64,000 nt of DNA from an uncultured Burkholderiales bacterium (GTDB taxonomy: Bacteria > Pseudomonadota > Gammaproteobacteria > Burkholderiales > Eutrophovitaceae): NCBI GenBank assembly GCA_963925895.1, contig CAWUVH010000006.1, forward strand, positions 1,474 through 65,473. The letters are read 5' to 3'. Shown here one piece after another: positions 28,354-39,084 of this stretch. The stretch's first letter is position 1; every line of letters starts with the position of its first letter. The notes below the pieces were generated by a model, which saw only the letters and a program-made list of their open reading frames with translations, was not told where the DNA came from and did not search any database. The position numbers and the translations under genes are program-made.

Positions 28354-28381
28354 TATTTTTGAACACTACCGGGAGGTTGTA

Positions 28382-28744
28382 ATGCTGATTGGAAGCAATA
28401 CGAAGAACCGATTGGGGTGGCTTGTGGGATTTTCTCTCTGTGCGCTAGCAACTTTAGACGTAGTTGCTGCTGAGATGACTTTTGAGGACGCGCAGATCCG
28501 CACTGTCCATGCTCGTAAGCAGATGGAAGAGAAGAAAAGACCATACGATGCTGCTGTTGAAGAGGCTCAGAAGAGACGTGGAGTAGTGGCTGACCTCACC
28601 GCAAATTTGAAAACTGCTCAAGCAAAGCTTGATGAGGCTGAGGCCCAAGTTCTCAGCTTGGAGAAGGAATATGAAAATCTACAAAAAATTTGGGCAGAGG
28701 AAGCAAAAAGGCTCAAAGAAATTCACAGTAAGGAACTTCGTTAG
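28382..28744 (+). CDS. Hypothetical secreted coiled-coil protein
   Basis: The ATG at 28382 has GGGAGG upstream; the track start at 28340 would overlap the tRNA. A signal peptide (WLVGFSLCALATLDVVAAE) is followed by an A/E/K/Q-rich heptad-like helix. No family was recognised. Confidence 0.55.
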   Translation: MLIGSNTKNRLGWLVGFSLCALATLDVVAAEMTFEDAQIRTVHARKQMEEKKRPYDAAVEEAQKRRGVVADLTANLKTAQAKLDEAEAQVLSLEKEYENLQKIWAEEAKRLKEIHSKELR

Positions 28745-28780
28745 CCTCACAATTATTCTGAAAATCTGGTGTAAATTCGT

Positions 28781-29950
28781 ATGAAAATCCATGAATATCA
28801 AGCGAAAGAAATTTTGCGTGCTTATGGCGTTAAAACCCCAAAAGGAGTCCCATGTTTCTCAGTTGATGAGGCCGAGGAGGCCGCCCGTAAATTGGGCGGC
28901 GATGTCTGGGTTGTAAAAGCACAAATTCACGCTGGTGGTCGTGGTAAGGGTGGTGGCGTCAAAGTTGTAAAGTCTTTTGACGAAGTGAGGGCGGTCTCTT
29001 CAAGTATTCTTGGAATGCAGCTAGTGACGCATCAAACTGGCTCGACTGGGCAGTTAGTTAAACGCCTCATGGTTGAGGAGGGCGCGGCGATCGAAAAAGA
29101 GCTATATGTCGGCATGGTTGTTGACCGTTCGACTCAAACTATATGTCTTATGGCCTCCTCAGAGGGGGGCATGGACATTGAGGAAGTCGCTGCGTCTACG
29201 CCTGAAAAAATCCATAAAATTTTTATTGACCCTAAGCAGGGACTTGATCGTATTGCTTCAATTCAATTGAATAAAAAGATTGGATTACCTCAACAGGCTC
29301 TAGAAAAAGGGGCGGATCTATTTGAGGGGTTATACCAAGCATTTGTTGATACTGACGCCTCGTTAGCGGAAATCAATCCTATGATTCTTACGGTTGATGG
29401 TGACATATTGGCGCTTGATGCCAAAATGAATTTCGACACTAACGCATTATTCAGGCAGCCTAAGATTCTCGATATGCGGGATTTGGATGAGGAGGATCCC
29501 GCTGAAATAGAGGCGTCAAAATTTGATTTGTCCTACATCTCTCTAGATGGAGACATCGGGTGCCTCGTCAATGGCGCAGGCTTGGCGATGGCGACTATGG
29601 ATGTCATTAAATTGTTTGGTGGTGAGCCCGCGAACTTTTTAGATGTGGGTGGTGGCGCCACGACCGAGAAAGTTACTGAGGCGTTCAAAATTATGTTGTC
29701 CAACCCAAAGCTAAAAGCCATTTTAGTAAATATTTTTGGTGGCATCATGCAATGCGACGTCATTGCGACTGGTGTGGTCGAGGCTGCGAAGCAGGTTGAT
29801 CTTACTGTACCTTTGGTGGTTCGGATGAAGGGGACTAACGAAGACTTGGGCAAACAGATTTTAAGAGAGTCTGGTTTGCCAATTATTTCATCTGACACCA
29901 TGGCTGATGCTGCTCAGCAGGTCGTCGAAGCAGCGCGAGGTGGTCAATAA
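28781..29950 (+). CDS. sucC: Succinyl-CoA synthetase beta subunit
   Basis: N-terminus [20 protein letters not shown]-grasp domain, 389 aa. Confidence 0.97.
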   Translation: MKIHEYQAKEILRAYGVKTPKGVPCFSVDEAEEAARKLGGDVWVVKAQIHAGGRGKGGGVKVVKSFDEVRAVSSSILGMQLVTHQTGSTGQLVKRLMVEEGAAIEKELYVGMVVDRSTQTICLMASSEGGMDIEEVAASTPEKIHKIFIDPKQGLDRIASIQLNKKIGLPQQALEKGADLFEGLYQAFVDTDASLAEINPMILTVDGDILALDAKMNFDTNALFRQPKILDMRDLDEEDPAEIEASKFDLSYISLDGDIGCLVNGAGLAMATMDVIKLFGGEPANFLDVGGGATTEKVTEAFKIMLSNPKLKAILVNIFGGIMQCDVIATGVVEAAKQVDLTVPLVVRMKGTNEDLGKQILRESGLPIISSDTMADAAQQVVEAARGGQ

Positions 29951-29951
29951 G

Positions 29952-30833
29952 ATGTCGATCTTAATAAATAAAAATACGCGAGTTATCACTCAAGGCATCA
30001 CGGGTAAAACAGGTCGGTTTCATACGCAAACCAGTCGGGATTACGCAAATGGTCGATCTTGTTACGTCGCTGGTGTGAATCCCAAAAAGGCCGGGCAGGA
30101 TTTTGAAGGAATCCCGATTTATGGGACGGTAGTCGAGGCGAAACAGCAAACTGGGGCAACGGTGTCTGTAGTTTATGTTCCTCCGGTCGGCGCGGCTGCG
30201 GCAATATTAGAGGCAGTAGAGGCGGAGCTTGAGTTGGTGATTTGTATTACGGAGGGAATTCCGGTTAAAGACATGATCGAACTTCGTTATAGCATGCGTA
30301 ATATGAATAGTCGTACATTGTTGCTTGGGCCGAATTGCCCAGGTGTGATCACGCCTGATGAATTAAAAATTGGGATCATGCCGGGACATATCCATAGGAA
30401 AGGCCGTATCGGTGTGGTGTCTCGGTCTGGGACTCTGACGTATGAAGCCGTTGCTCAATTAACTGAGTTGGGTCTTGGGCAAAGTACCGCTGTCGGTATT
30501 GGCGGTGATCCTGTAAACGGGCTCAAACACATTGATGTGTTAAAACTATTTAATGAAGACCCAGAAACTGATGCCGTCGTAATGATCGGTGAAATTGGCG
30601 GCACCGATGAAGAGGCCGCTGCGGTTTGGGTTAAGGAGCACATGTCAAAGCCAGTAGTGGGGTTTATAGCTGGAGTTACAGCGCCTGCTGGTAAAAGAAT
30701 GGGACATGCGGGAGCCATCATTTCAGGTGGTCAGGGAACCGCTGATGAAAAGCTCAGAATCATGGATGCCAGTGGCATTTCAGTCACTCGGGACCCATCT
30801 AAAATGGGTTCACTTCTAAAATCGGTTCTCTGA
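29952..30833 (+). CDS. sucD: Succinyl-CoA synthetase alpha subunit
   Basis: N-terminus [21 protein letters not shown] and phosphohistidine loop MGHAGAII. The ATG at 29952 directly follows the sucC stop. The track start at 29907 is an in-frame upstream extension. Confidence 0.97.
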   Translation: MSILINKNTRVITQGITGKTGRFHTQTSRDYANGRSCYVAGVNPKKAGQDFEGIPIYGTVVEAKQQTGATVSVVYVPPVGAAAAILEAVEAELELVICITEGIPVKDMIELRYSMRNMNSRTLLLGPNCPGVITPDELKIGIMPGHIHRKGRIGVVSRSGTLTYEAVAQLTELGLGQSTAVGIGGDPVNGLKHIDVLKLFNEDPETDAVVMIGEIGGTDEEAAAVWVKEHMSKPVVGFIAGVTAPAGKRMGHAGAIISGGQGTADEKLRIMDASGISVTRDPSKMGSLLKSVL

Positions 30834-31004
30834 TGTAAGTTTTTTTGAATTGATTGCTTCGTCAACGCAGCTAGGGCAGAAACAGGCATCACCAAGATCC
30901 CCATATAAGACGTTTGGGAAGTCAGTTGCGCACCAGCACGGCTGGGTATCGCGCACTCCACAGCTAAACTCAGCATCGCACCGCTCACACACGTTCGTAG
31001 TCAT
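30816..31004 (-). CDS. Small cysteine-rich 'CWC'-type protein, function unknown
   Basis: 62 aa with 8 Cys in the pattern CxxC ... C ... CWC ... CFCPSC. It lies 12 nt downstream of the GST gene on the same strand. Its 3' end overlaps the sucD 3' end by 18 nt. Confidence 0.6.
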   Translation of the reverse strand: MTTNVCERCDAEFSCGVRDTQPCWCATDFPNVLYGDLGDACFCPSCVDEAINSKKLTSENRF

Positions 31005-31016
31005 TGTCTCGGTTGT

Positions 31017-31640
31017 TTAGTTTGCAAATGGAACGGACATTCCCTTTTTGACGGCCTCTCTATCCCCGATAGCCTCGTACCAACGCAAAACGCTGGGGTA
31101 ATTGGTTAATTCGATTTTATGCCATTCATGTCGAGCCACCCAAGGATATGTCGCGATATCGGCTATCGAGTAGTCTTCGGAAAAAAACTCATTGTTAGAT
31201 AAGTGACTATCAAGTACGCCATATAGCCGTGCGGTCTCTTTTTGATAACGGTCGATGGCATAGGGGATTGGTTCAGGGGCTGCCCGAAGGAAATGATGAA
31301 CTTGTCCAAATATTGGTCCTGCCCCCCCCATTTGGAACATGAGCCACTGAATGGTGGTGTGTCGCGTAGGGCCTGAGACCGGCAAAAATCGCTGAAACTT
31401 CTCCGCAAGATAAATCAAGATAGCACCTGATTCAAAGAGCTTTAGAGGAGATCCACTATCCGTATCGTGGTCGACAATCGCTGGAATTTTATTGTTGGGG
31501 CTGATCGAGAGGAAGTCCTGGGTGAATTGCTCGCCTTTGCCGATATTGACGCTGATGGTTCGGTAGTCCGTGGCTAACTCCTCCAGCATGATCGAGACTT
31601 TTCTGCCGTTCGGCGTTCCCCATGTATATAAATCTATCAA
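31017..31640 (-). CDS. yfcG: Nu-class glutathione S-transferase / GSH-dependent disulfide reductase (YfcG-like)
   Basis: Close parallel to E. coli YfcG along the N-terminal half: MIDLYTWGTPNGRKV..., ISPNNKIPAIVDH, LFESGAILIYLAEK. Confidence 0.82.
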   Translation of the reverse strand: MIDLYTWGTPNGRKVSIMLEELATDYRTISVNIGKGEQFTQDFLSISPNNKIPAIVDHDTDSGSPLKLFESGAILIYLAEKFQRFLPVSGPTRHTTIQWLMFQMGGAGPIFGQVHHFLRAAPEPIPYAIDRYQKETARLYGVLDSHLSNNEFFSEDYSIADIATYPWVARHEWHKIELTNYPSVLRWYEAIGDREAVKKGMSVPFAN

Positions 31641-31728
31641 TGTAACCCCCTGTGCTATGTAGTTGTATGATGACAGTCATCATGTGAGTTATTTCCAAGC
31701 AGTTTAAACGAAGAGGTTACTAAAGTCC

Positions 31729-31941
31729 TTGGTTAAGTGGATTCTGACGATGGTGCTCGTCGTAGGTTTAGTCGCATACACCAAGCCTGTTTTTCTTAAA
31801 TTACTGGGAAAATTGGTTGGTCGGGAGATGATGCCCGGTGATATCACGGTGCATTTGTTTGGGCGGAAGCTGTATTTGCCGTTTGGCTCGACGATATTGT
31901 TTAGTTGTATTGCGACTTGCTTATATTGGAGTATTCGTTGA
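31729..31941 (+). CDS. DUF2905-type small membrane protein
   Basis: 70 aa with two hydrophobic helices flanking the MPGDI motif typical of DUF2905 (from memory). TTG start. Confidence 0.55.
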   Translation: MVKWILTMVLVVGLVAYTKPVFLKLLGKLVGREMMPGDITVHLFGRKLYLPFGSTILFSCIATCLYWSIR

Positions 31942-31965
31942 TGCCGTAATGGGTTTTATTCGCCA

Positions 31966-33153
31966 TCATTTTCGCTTGGGAAGCGCTTGCGACAGAGCGG
32001 TAATGCGCGCATCTCTTACGCGTTGATTGATGGTCCTTGTATTCTCTTTAGTCGCCAAGTGATCATACTTGAGTGATTTCAATATTTCTAATGCTGCCGT
32101 AAGACTTCTTAAGTGCTGTGGATACATCTCTTCGGCAAGGACGTGACCAATAATTTTTGCGGCGCCTAAAATATTTTTAAAACGTTCTGGGTTTCTTAAC
32201 CCGTCAAGGTGCATCACAAGATCGAGCATATTTTCATTAGATAATTCTGCCGCTTGAGAGATTGAAGCAAGATGACTTAAAAGCAGGGTCGATGTTTGGT
32301 ATTGATCCTTAGAGACCCTGAGTTGGGTCAATAATTTTTTTGCATGTTCGACATTGCGGGGAGCAACGTTAGGTTTTTTGTTTCTGATAATCGCAGTGAT
32401 GTCGTGTTCGGTTAGTAACGAAAAAATTGCCACTCTAGTTGCAATGGGCGCTTGATCTATTGCAGCAAGGTCGAGAGCTTTGATAATAAGTGCTTTATTG
32501 TCAGAGTTGAGCATGCCGCGCGAGAATGTATCGCTGATTGCATTTAACGCACCGCAGCTCGCTAAGCTATGGATCATTCGAGAGGGGGCCTTCGCCATAA
32601 GCCCTTTAATAATCTCACTCCAAATTCGTTCGGGACTCAAGTGTGCGAGTTCGCCCGAATTGACAATATTAACCATGAGGTCAAGTGTCTTCGGGTCAAT
32701 ATCGAACTCAAGTTTAGATGCGAATCGACATACTCTGAGTACTCGCAGTGGATCCTCAACAAAGGCCTCGCTGACATGCCTGAGTACTTTTTTGTTGAGA
32801 TCTGAAATTCCGTTAAATGGATCGATCAGTTCACCTTCAGTAGATTTTGCGATCGCATTAATCGTTAGGTCTCGTCTCTCTAGGTCTTCCTCTAAGGTTA
32901 CTGAGGGTTCCGCATGGAAGGTGAATCCTTGATGACCTCGGCCCGCTTTTCGCTCAGTGCGTGCAAGAGCATATTCTTCTTTCGTGCGAGGATGCAGAAA
33001 TACTGGAAAGTCTCGACCGACTGGAATGAAACCTTGCGCGATCATTTGCTCGACACTAGAGCCCACAACCACAAAGTCTCGGTCAGTGACTGTGATCCCC
33101 AGTAAATCATCCCTGACCGCTCCGCCAACTAGATAATAAGATGGTTTATTCAT
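31966..33153 (-). CDS. cca: tRNA nucleotidyltransferase (CCA-adding enzyme)
   Basis: Polymerase-beta head motifs [13 protein letters not shown] and RRDLTINA, plus the ERxxxE region. Confidence 0.9.
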   Translation of the reverse strand: MNKPSYYLVGGAVRDDLLGITVTDRDFVVVGSSVEQMIAQGFIPVGRDFPVFLHPRTKEEYALARTERKAGRGHQGFTFHAEPSVTLEEDLERRDLTINAIAKSTEGELIDPFNGISDLNKKVLRHVSEAFVEDPLRVLRVCRFASKLEFDIDPKTLDLMVNIVNSGELAHLSPERIWSEIIKGLMAKAPSRMIHSLASCGALNAISDTFSRGMLNSDNKALIIKALDLAAIDQAPIATRVAIFSLLTEHDITAIIRNKKPNVAPRNVEHAKKLLTQLRVSKDQYQTSTLLLSHLASISQAAELSNENMLDLVMHLDGLRNPERFKNILGAAKIIGHVLAEEMYPQHLRSLTAALEILKSLKYDHLATKENTRTINQRVRDARITALSQALPKRK

Positions 33154-33183
33154 AGAGATAACCTCGATTGAAGGGCGAGCTCT

Positions 33184-34089
33184 TTAAGTTAATTGAGAGA
33201 GGTAACTCGGTGCAATGCTTTCGATTGTTTTGTAAGAGTTGATTGATGCTGCGTCACACGTATTATCGATGGACATGGACGCTAAGTTATCTCGCGTGAT
33301 TAGGTTGAGTTGAAGTAGCTCTAATGTTCGCGCTTGCAATTGGGCCGCCCAGTCCGGAAGTGGGATTATCTTCGGAGACAGCCGGCCAAACCCGGTGGCA
33401 TAGCGAACCAGTTCGATTAACTCATACTGTCGTGGTCCGCACAGCTCTATCAGGGATCTTTTTTCGTTTCCATTGATGCAATTCATCACGGCCTGGGTTA
33501 AGTCGCCAACGAATATGGGTTGAAACTTGGCTGTAGGTTTGGCTAATGGTATGAGGGGCAACCAATTGGCGAGCTTGGTGAACATTGATAAAAAAGAATC
33601 CCCATCACCAAAAACTACAGATGGACGAAGAATGTGGAAAGAAGTCGACTTGTGCAATGTATCCGCAATGATTTGTTCTCCCTCAGCTTTTGATCTCAGG
33701 TAGGCGCTTGGCGCTGAGGCTGAGGATTTTAGTGCCGATAGGTGAATCAGTTTTTTAACTTTTTGGTTATTACAGCTGGCAACAATTTTTCCCACGAAGT
33801 TAGCGTGAAATTTTTTAAAGTCACCTTTCCGGGTTTCATGGAGAATGCCCACACAATTGATGACGATATCAACGCCTATAAACAATTGATCGAGACTCTC
33901 AAGTTTCGAAATGTCGGTTTGAAGTAGTTCTACATTTTGAAGGATGATCAACCCTCCCTTGGTGCGTTCACGGTTTCGGGTGGGGATTCGAACGCGATAA
34001 CCGGCGCGCGATAGGGCTTCAGTCAGGTAGCCGCCGACAAATCCGGCGCCGCCTAAAATCAATACTGTAGTCTGGTTGGATTTATTCAT
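33184..34089 (-). CDS. NAD(P)H-binding atypical SDR (NDUFA9/NmrA-like) protein
   Basis: Rossmann N-terminus VLILGGAGFVGGYL and extended-SDR length. The substrate is unknown. Confidence 0.7.
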   Translation of the reverse strand: MNKSNQTTVLILGGAGFVGGYLTEALSRAGYRVRIPTRNRERTKGGLIILQNVELLQTDISKLESLDQLFIGVDIVINCVGILHETRKGDFKKFHANFVGKIVASCNNQKVKKLIHLSALKSSASAPSAYLRSKAEGEQIIADTLHKSTSFHILRPSVVFGDGDSFLSMFTKLANWLPLIPLAKPTAKFQPIFVGDLTQAVMNCINGNEKRSLIELCGPRQYELIELVRYATGFGRLSPKIIPLPDWAAQLQARTLELLQLNLITRDNLASMSIDNTCDAASINSYKTIESIAPSYLSQLT

Positions 34090-34209
34090 TAAATTCCCTG
34101 CTCATATGTTTGCTTGATGATATTCTATCTCCAAACAATTAAGTAATAAGAATGAGGCACTATGAACAATTCTTTAGTTTTAATTTTAAAAATTAAGTTT
34201 TTAGGTTGA

Positions 34210-34869
34210 ATGATGACGCAAGATGACATGAAACGTGCGGCAGCACGAGAGGCAGTAAACCATTTATCCAGAGGCGATATTGTGGGTGTCGGCACCGGCT
34301 CAACTGCGAATTATTTTATCGAAGAATTGTCTATTTGGGGCGGGGCTGCTGGAGCAGTGGCCAGCTCTGAGGCAACCGCGTCTCGTTTGCGTGCTTGTGG
34401 TATTCCCGTTTTAGACCTTAATCAGATAGGGGGTTTTGGGGTTTATGTGGATGGAGCAGATGAAATCAATCACAAGCTTGAAATGATTAAAGGCGGTGGG
34501 GGTGCGCTCACTCGAGAAAAGATCGTTGCAGCCGTGGCCCAGAGGTTTATTTGTATAGTCGATGAAGCTAAGGTTGTTGACGTTTTAGGGGGGTTCCCTC
34601 TGCCCGTTGAGGTGATTCCGATGGCCAGCGCGCAGGTTTCGAGAGTGATGCGGGATTTAGGCGGAGAGCCAAAACCTAGGGAAGAGTTTTTGACGGATAA
34701 CGGTAATGTGATTCTGGACATTCATGGACTGAGTATTAAAAATGCTGTAGAACTAGAGCGCCAGATCAACAATATCGTTGGTGTCGTTACGAATGGCATC
34801 TTTGCGAACAGAGCTGCGGATGTGATGGTTGTAGGGACAAATGACGGTGTTCGCGTCTCAAGACGCTGA
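34210..34869 (+). CDS. rpiA: Ribose-5-phosphate isomerase A
   Basis: [22 protein letters not shown] and [11 protein letters not shown] blocks. Confidence 0.95.
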   Translation: MMTQDDMKRAAAREAVNHLSRGDIVGVGTGSTANYFIEELSIWGGAAGAVASSEATASRLRACGIPVLDLNQIGGFGVYVDGADEINHKLEMIKGGGGALTREKIVAAVAQRFICIVDEAKVVDVLGGFPLPVEVIPMASAQVSRVMRDLGGEPKPREEFLTDNGNVILDIHGLSIKNAVELERQINNIVGVVTNGIFANRAADVMVVGTNDGVRVSRR

Positions 34870-34959
34870 ATTTATTGTGATCTTGTAGTGAATCCGTAAT
34901 ATTTATGCTGGATTATATAAAATTTATAATACCCACCGAATTTGAAAAAGCGTTAATTT

Positions 34960-35667
34960 ATGAATATTGATCAACATACAGTGAAAAAATTTGATGCCGA
35001 GCTTGAAGGTTTGCGTGCTCAGATCTTAAAGATGGGTGGTTTGGTCGAGGAGCAAATTACTCAAGCATTAAACGCATTAACGACTGGTGACTTGGCCTTA
35101 TGCGACCAGATTGAAAAAGGTGACCATAAAGTCAACGCGATGGAAGTTGAGATTGACGAAAAAATAAGTCGCGTCATTGCTTTGCGTCAGCCGGCAGCTG
35201 GCGATCTCCGATTGCTGATGGCCTTTGAGAAAACAATTACTGATTTAGAGCGAATAGGGGATGAGGCAGACAAGATCGCGCGTATGACAAAACTTATTTA
35301 TACGAACGAACGCATTCGCATGCCTCGAACGACCGAGATACGACATATGTCAGAGATCAGCTTGGCCATGCTGAGAAATGCTCTGGATGCTTTTGCTCGG
35401 CTAGACGCCTCACTCACGGCAGAAGTGATCGCTAGAGATGATGATGTTGATGAGGAATTCAAGGCCATACTGCGTCAGTTAATCACGATGATGATGGAAG
35501 ACCCGAGAACTATATCTATGTCCATTGAGATGTTGTTCATTGCTAAAGCAATTGAGCGTATCGGGGATCATGCTAAGAATATTGCTGAATACGTCATCTA
35601 TATCGTGAAGGGCAAGGATGTCAGACACGTTTCTAGAGAAGAGGTTGAGCGTCAGGCAAATAGCTAG
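34960..35667 (+). CDS. phoU: Phosphate signalling complex protein PhoU
   Basis: 235 aa with two PhoU repeats carrying E(R)IGD motifs (DLERIGDEADKI and IERIGDHAKNI). Confidence 0.92.
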   Translation: MNIDQHTVKKFDAELEGLRAQILKMGGLVEEQITQALNALTTGDLALCDQIEKGDHKVNAMEVEIDEKISRVIALRQPAAGDLRLLMAFEKTITDLERIGDEADKIARMTKLIYTNERIRMPRTTEIRHMSEISLAMLRNALDAFARLDASLTAEVIARDDDVDEEFKAILRQLITMMMEDPRTISMSIEMLFIAKAIERIGDHAKNIAEYVIYIVKGKDVRHVSREEVERQANS

Positions 35668-35716
35668 CGAGTTGAGACGGCTTTATTAGATGGGTAATAT
35701 TTAGAACAGCACCTAT

Positions 35717-35986
35717 TCAGTCAGTCGGCACAAAACCCTGTGCGCTATCTGCGCCATCCCCAAAGAAGTATTTTTCCGTTTGTTCTTTTAAATATTTTCT
35801 CGCCTCGGGGTCTGACAAGTTGAGCCTATTTTCATTAACAAGCATTTTTTGTTGTTCCAGCCAGGTTCCCCAAGATTTTTTAGAGACATTGCTGAAAATG
35901 CGCTCCCCCAGCTCTCCAGGGAAAGGAGGGGAATCCATCGCCTCTTGGTTTGGGCCTAATTTGATGCATGTAATAGTTTGGGTCAT
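35717..35986 (-). CDS. yggX: Fe(2+)-trafficking / oxidative-damage protection protein YggX
   Basis: 89 aa; the C-x-K-L ... PPFPGELG ... W..WL..Q..L.NE pattern is typical of YggX. Confidence 0.9.
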   Translation of the reverse strand: MTQTITCIKLGPNQEAMDSPPFPGELGERIFSNVSKKSWGTWLEQQKMLVNENRLNLSDPEARKYLKEQTEKYFFGDGADSAQGFVPTD

Positions 35987-36003
35987 TTTTAGTTTAATAG
36001 CCT

Positions 36004-37320
36004 TTATTTGATTGTTTTGATATATATTTTTGAGTTTCTTTGATAGTTGTAAAGTTTCGCTTTAGCTTTAGGTAGAGCCGTCAAGTTAGTTTGTCTAAAG
36101 CCGTTCTCCAAGAACCAATGAGACGATGCTGTTGTGAGCACAAAGACATGCGTAAGTTTTTGTTTGGCGCATTTTTTTTCGATTGCTTTTAAAAGTCCCT
36201 CTCCAACCCCGGCATGTTGAAAGCTTGAATGAACAGCCAAACATGCCAACTCGCCGATTTTCTCTTTTCCGAATGGATTCAGCGCAACGCAACCCACGAC
36301 AAGACCATCATGCTCAACAATCGTGAACTTTTGGATTTCTGTTTCTAAACTTTCTCGAGGCCTTTTGATCAAAACCCCTTCATTTTCTAGTGGTTCTATT
36401 AGGCTCAGTATGCCGCCAATATCGTCGAGTGTCGCATTGTGAATTGTTTCTAGTGGATCTCGGCTAACCATTGTGCCTATGCCTTCATGGGTGAACAGCT
36501 CGAGCAATATTCCGCCATTAATTTTGCGGTCAATCACGTGCAGTCTTTCCACCCCGCCATCGGAGGCTTTAATTAAGCTCGCCCTTATACGATCTTGCAG
36601 GGGATCCTTCGTTTTATTTTTTGCCTGTAATTTGAGTGCCGATGTCGTGAGCTCTTGAAGAAGATTGCCTTTTTTGTCGCTCAATCCTGTTTGGTCGCTA
36701 AGGTAAATTAATTTGTTAGCACCGATGGCAACCGCAACTTCAGTAGCGACATCCTCATAAGTAAGATTGAAAATTTCTCCGGTAGCGGAGTACCCGAGCG
36801 GAGAAATTAGGATCAATTCACCGTCCTCTAGCCTCTTATTGATGGCCTCGCACCTCACATTTCTCACATCTCCAGAGTAGAGATGGTCCACCCCGTTGAT
36901 GACGCCTTTAGGTTGTGCAATGACAAAGTTGCCCGAGGTCACTCGTATCGGACTTCCTGCGAGAGGAGTGTTTGGCAGGCCCATGGAGAGTAACGCCTCG
37001 ATCTCTAATCTGAGTCGACCGTTGGCTTCTTTGACGCACGTTAAACTTTGCTCATCGGTCACCCTAATATGAGCGCTCGACATCACAGTCTTAAGCTTCT
37101 TGGCTTTCATTGCTCGTTCGATTTGAGGTCTAGCGCCATGAACCAGAACGACCTTAACCCCGACGCTTACTAACAAGTTAATGTCGTGCGTTAAATCAGT
37201 GAAGTTCCCTTCCTCGATAACGTCCCCATCGAAAGCGATGACAAATGTCTGGCCGCTAAAAGTTCGGATGTAGGGTGCGGCTGACCGAAACCACGTCACA
37301 AATTCCTTTGGGTTGCTCAT
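36004..37320 (-). CDS. argA: Amino-acid N-acetyltransferase (N-acetylglutamate synthase)
   Basis: 438 aa. An amino-acid-kinase-fold N-terminal domain (FVIAFDG ... [10 protein letters not shown]) plus a C-terminal GNAT domain ([14 protein letters not shown]). Confidence 0.92.
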   Translation of the reverse strand: MSNPKEFVTWFRSAAPYIRTFSGQTFVIAFDGDVIEEGNFTDLTHDINLLVSVGVKVVLVHGARPQIERAMKAKKLKTVMSSAHIRVTDEQSLTCVKEANGRLRLEIEALLSMGLPNTPLAGSPIRVTSGNFVIAQPKGVINGVDHLYSGDVRNVRCEAINKRLEDGELILISPLGYSATGEIFNLTYEDVATEVAVAIGANKLIYLSDQTGLSDKKGNLLQELTTSALKLQAKNKTKDPLQDRIRASLIKASDGGVERLHVIDRKINGGILLELFTHEGIGTMVSRDPLETIHNATLDDIGGILSLIEPLENEGVLIKRPRESLETEIQKFTIVEHDGLVVGCVALNPFGKEKIGELACLAVHSSFQHAGVGEGLLKAIEKKCAKQKLTHVFVLTTASSHWFLENGFRQTNLTALPKAKAKLYNYQRNSKIYIKTIK

Positions 37321-37335
37321 CGTCAGGCCAACATA

Positions 37336-38103
37336 TTATTTTGGGGTCATTCTAATGGCGCCATCAAGTCTGATCGTTTCACCATTAAGCATGACGTTAC
37401 TAAAAATGCTCTGAACAAGATTTGCATACTCGTGTGGACGGCCAAGTCTCGATGGAAAAGGCACTTGTTGTCCAAGGGAGTCTTGAACATCTTTAGGCAT
37501 GCCCATGAGCATTGCTGTTTCAAAAATTCCAGGTGCGATCGTCATGACTCGAATGCCGCTTCGCGATAGGTCTCTTGCGATAGGTAGTGTCATGCCGGCG
37601 ATGCCAGCTTTTGATGCCGAATACGCCGCCTGGCCAATTTGCCCATCAAAAGCTGCGACCGAAGCCGTGTTAATGATGACGCCTCGTTCACCCTCTGAGT
37701 TAGGCTCTTGCTTTGACATCACATCGGCCGCGATCCTAAGCATATTGAACGAGCCAATTAAATTGATGTTAATGACTCGAGCAAATGTTTCAAGCTTATG
37801 GGGACCATTTTTACCTATAGTTTTTTCTCCTATAGCGATTCCTGCGCAGTTAATGAGTCCTTGTAATCCGCCGAAATCAGATTGTGCCAACGCAATAGTC
37901 GCTTGCGCGTGTTCTTCTTTTGTGACATCGCATTCTATAAAGCGCGCAGCAGTTCCGAGTTTTGCTGCTAAAGCTTTCCCAGCCTCGTTGTTCATGTCAG
38001 CAATAACCACACGACCGCCTTGGGCCACTAACATTTCAGCAGTCGCCGCTCCAAGTCCAGAGGCCCCGCCGGTAACAATAATCGTATTATTTTTAATGTC
38101 CAT
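37336..38103 (-). CDS. Classical SDR, 3-hydroxyacyl-CoA dehydrogenase type-2-like
   Basis: TGGASGLG cofactor loop and YSASKAG catalytic motif. I prefer the ATG at 38103 ([13 protein letters not shown]) to the 14-codon longer track start at 38145. Confidence 0.82.
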   Translation of the reverse strand: MDIKNNTIIVTGGASGLGAATAEMLVAQGGRVVIADMNNEAGKALAAKLGTAARFIECDVTKEEHAQATIALAQSDFGGLQGLINCAGIAIGEKTIGKNGPHKLETFARVININLIGSFNMLRIAADVMSKQEPNSEGERGVIINTASVAAFDGQIGQAAYSASKAGIAGMTLPIARDLSRSGIRVMTIAPGIFETAMLMGMPKDVQDSLGQQVPFPSRLGRPHEYANLVQSIFSNVMLNGETIRLDGAIRMTPK

Positions 38104-38163
38104 ATCTTTGCTCTCTTTTTCATCATGATCTAAAACAAGTGCCAAAGTATAACTTTTCTGAGT

Positions 38164-38949
38164 TTATAAGTCCCCAAATAGTGCTTGCGAGATGGCTATA
38201 AGGCTGATGCCGGCGGTCTCGGCTCGAAGTGTTCTGGGCCCTAAACGTATATCTAAAAAATTGTTGGATTTGGCCATGATTAGCTCCTGGTCAGTGAACC
38301 CCCCTTCGGGGCCAATCGTAATGATAAGCTTCTCTTGATCGCGAGGAATGTTTTGTGGGGTGTTCGAGCCGCTGGGCGAAAGAACAATTTTGGTTTCTTT
38401 GGCATTTGTGCTTGATGAGCTTGCTAGATAATCACTCAGAGACAAAAAGGTTTTAATTGAGGGTATTTTCGTGCGACCACTCTGCTCGCATGCGGCAATA
38501 GCCACTTTGTGCCAATGCAATTTTTTCTTTTCCAACAGTTGAGTATCGATTTTGAGTGCGCTTCTCTCGGCTTTGAAAATGTTAATTTCATTGACACCCA
38601 GCTCTGTTGCTTTTTGAATCAGCCAATTCATCTTGTCGTTGGACATGACAGATTGAACCAAAGAGATTTTCAATTCTGATTCTAGATTAACGGCTGAGAA
38701 GTTAATAATTTCAGCCATGAGGCTGCCATTGGTGGCCATGACTAGTTTGGCCAAATATTCACCGCCGGTCCCATCAAATAGATAAAAGAGCGCCCCTTCT
38801 TTTAATCTCAGTGCTGATTTGGCGTGATTTGCTATGTCTTTAGGGAGTTCCACCAGGGTTTCGCCTTCCCTGATTTTTCTGCACAAATAAAATCTAGCGC
38901 CAGATTTGGGCTGTTTCGTATCGTGGTTTAAGCTCATGACAAGATTCAA
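38164..38949 (-). CDS. rsmE: 16S rRNA (uracil1498-N3)-methyltransferase
   Basis: A PUA-like N-terminus with the ARFYL motif and a SPOUT C-terminus (ITIGPEGGFTDQE ... LGPRTLRAETA). The true start may be the internal ATG at 38937. Confidence 0.88.
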   Translation of the reverse strand: MNLVMSLNHDTKQPKSGARFYLCRKIREGETLVELPKDIANHAKSALRLKEGALFYLFDGTGGEYLAKLVMATNGSLMAEIINFSAVNLESELKISLVQSVMSNDKMNWLIQKATELGVNEINIFKAERSALKIDTQLLEKKKLHWHKVAIAACEQSGRTKIPSIKTFLSLSDYLASSSSTNAKETKIVLSPSGSNTPQNIPRDQEKLIITIGPEGGFTDQELIMAKSNNFLDIRLGPRTLRAETAGISLIAISQALFGDL

Positions 38950-39084
38950 GGGTAAAATGATTGTTTGATCGTACGCGAAATGAAGGCTTTGAGCGAAGAG
39001 GATATGGTCATTTGGTCTTGATTGTGTTCTGAAGTTCGTGGAAATGCCGTGATGAGTTAAGTTTGCCCTTAGGTTCCGTTTGTC

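Noticed and set aside
37499-38128. 209-aa ORF on the plus strand, entirely antisense to the SDR gene. Similar long antisense ORFs lie at 24532-24909 (inside petA), 11441-11914 (inside the FNR-like gene), 32480-32932 (inside cca), 55484-55897 (inside the RND permease), 2254-2685 (inside dsbB) and 39732-40136.
   Set aside because: Their translations are low-complexity (Ser/Pro/Ala/Arg-rich) with no recognisable motifs or RBS. Each is fully shadowed by a gene with strong family signatures. They are typical frame-shadow ORFs.
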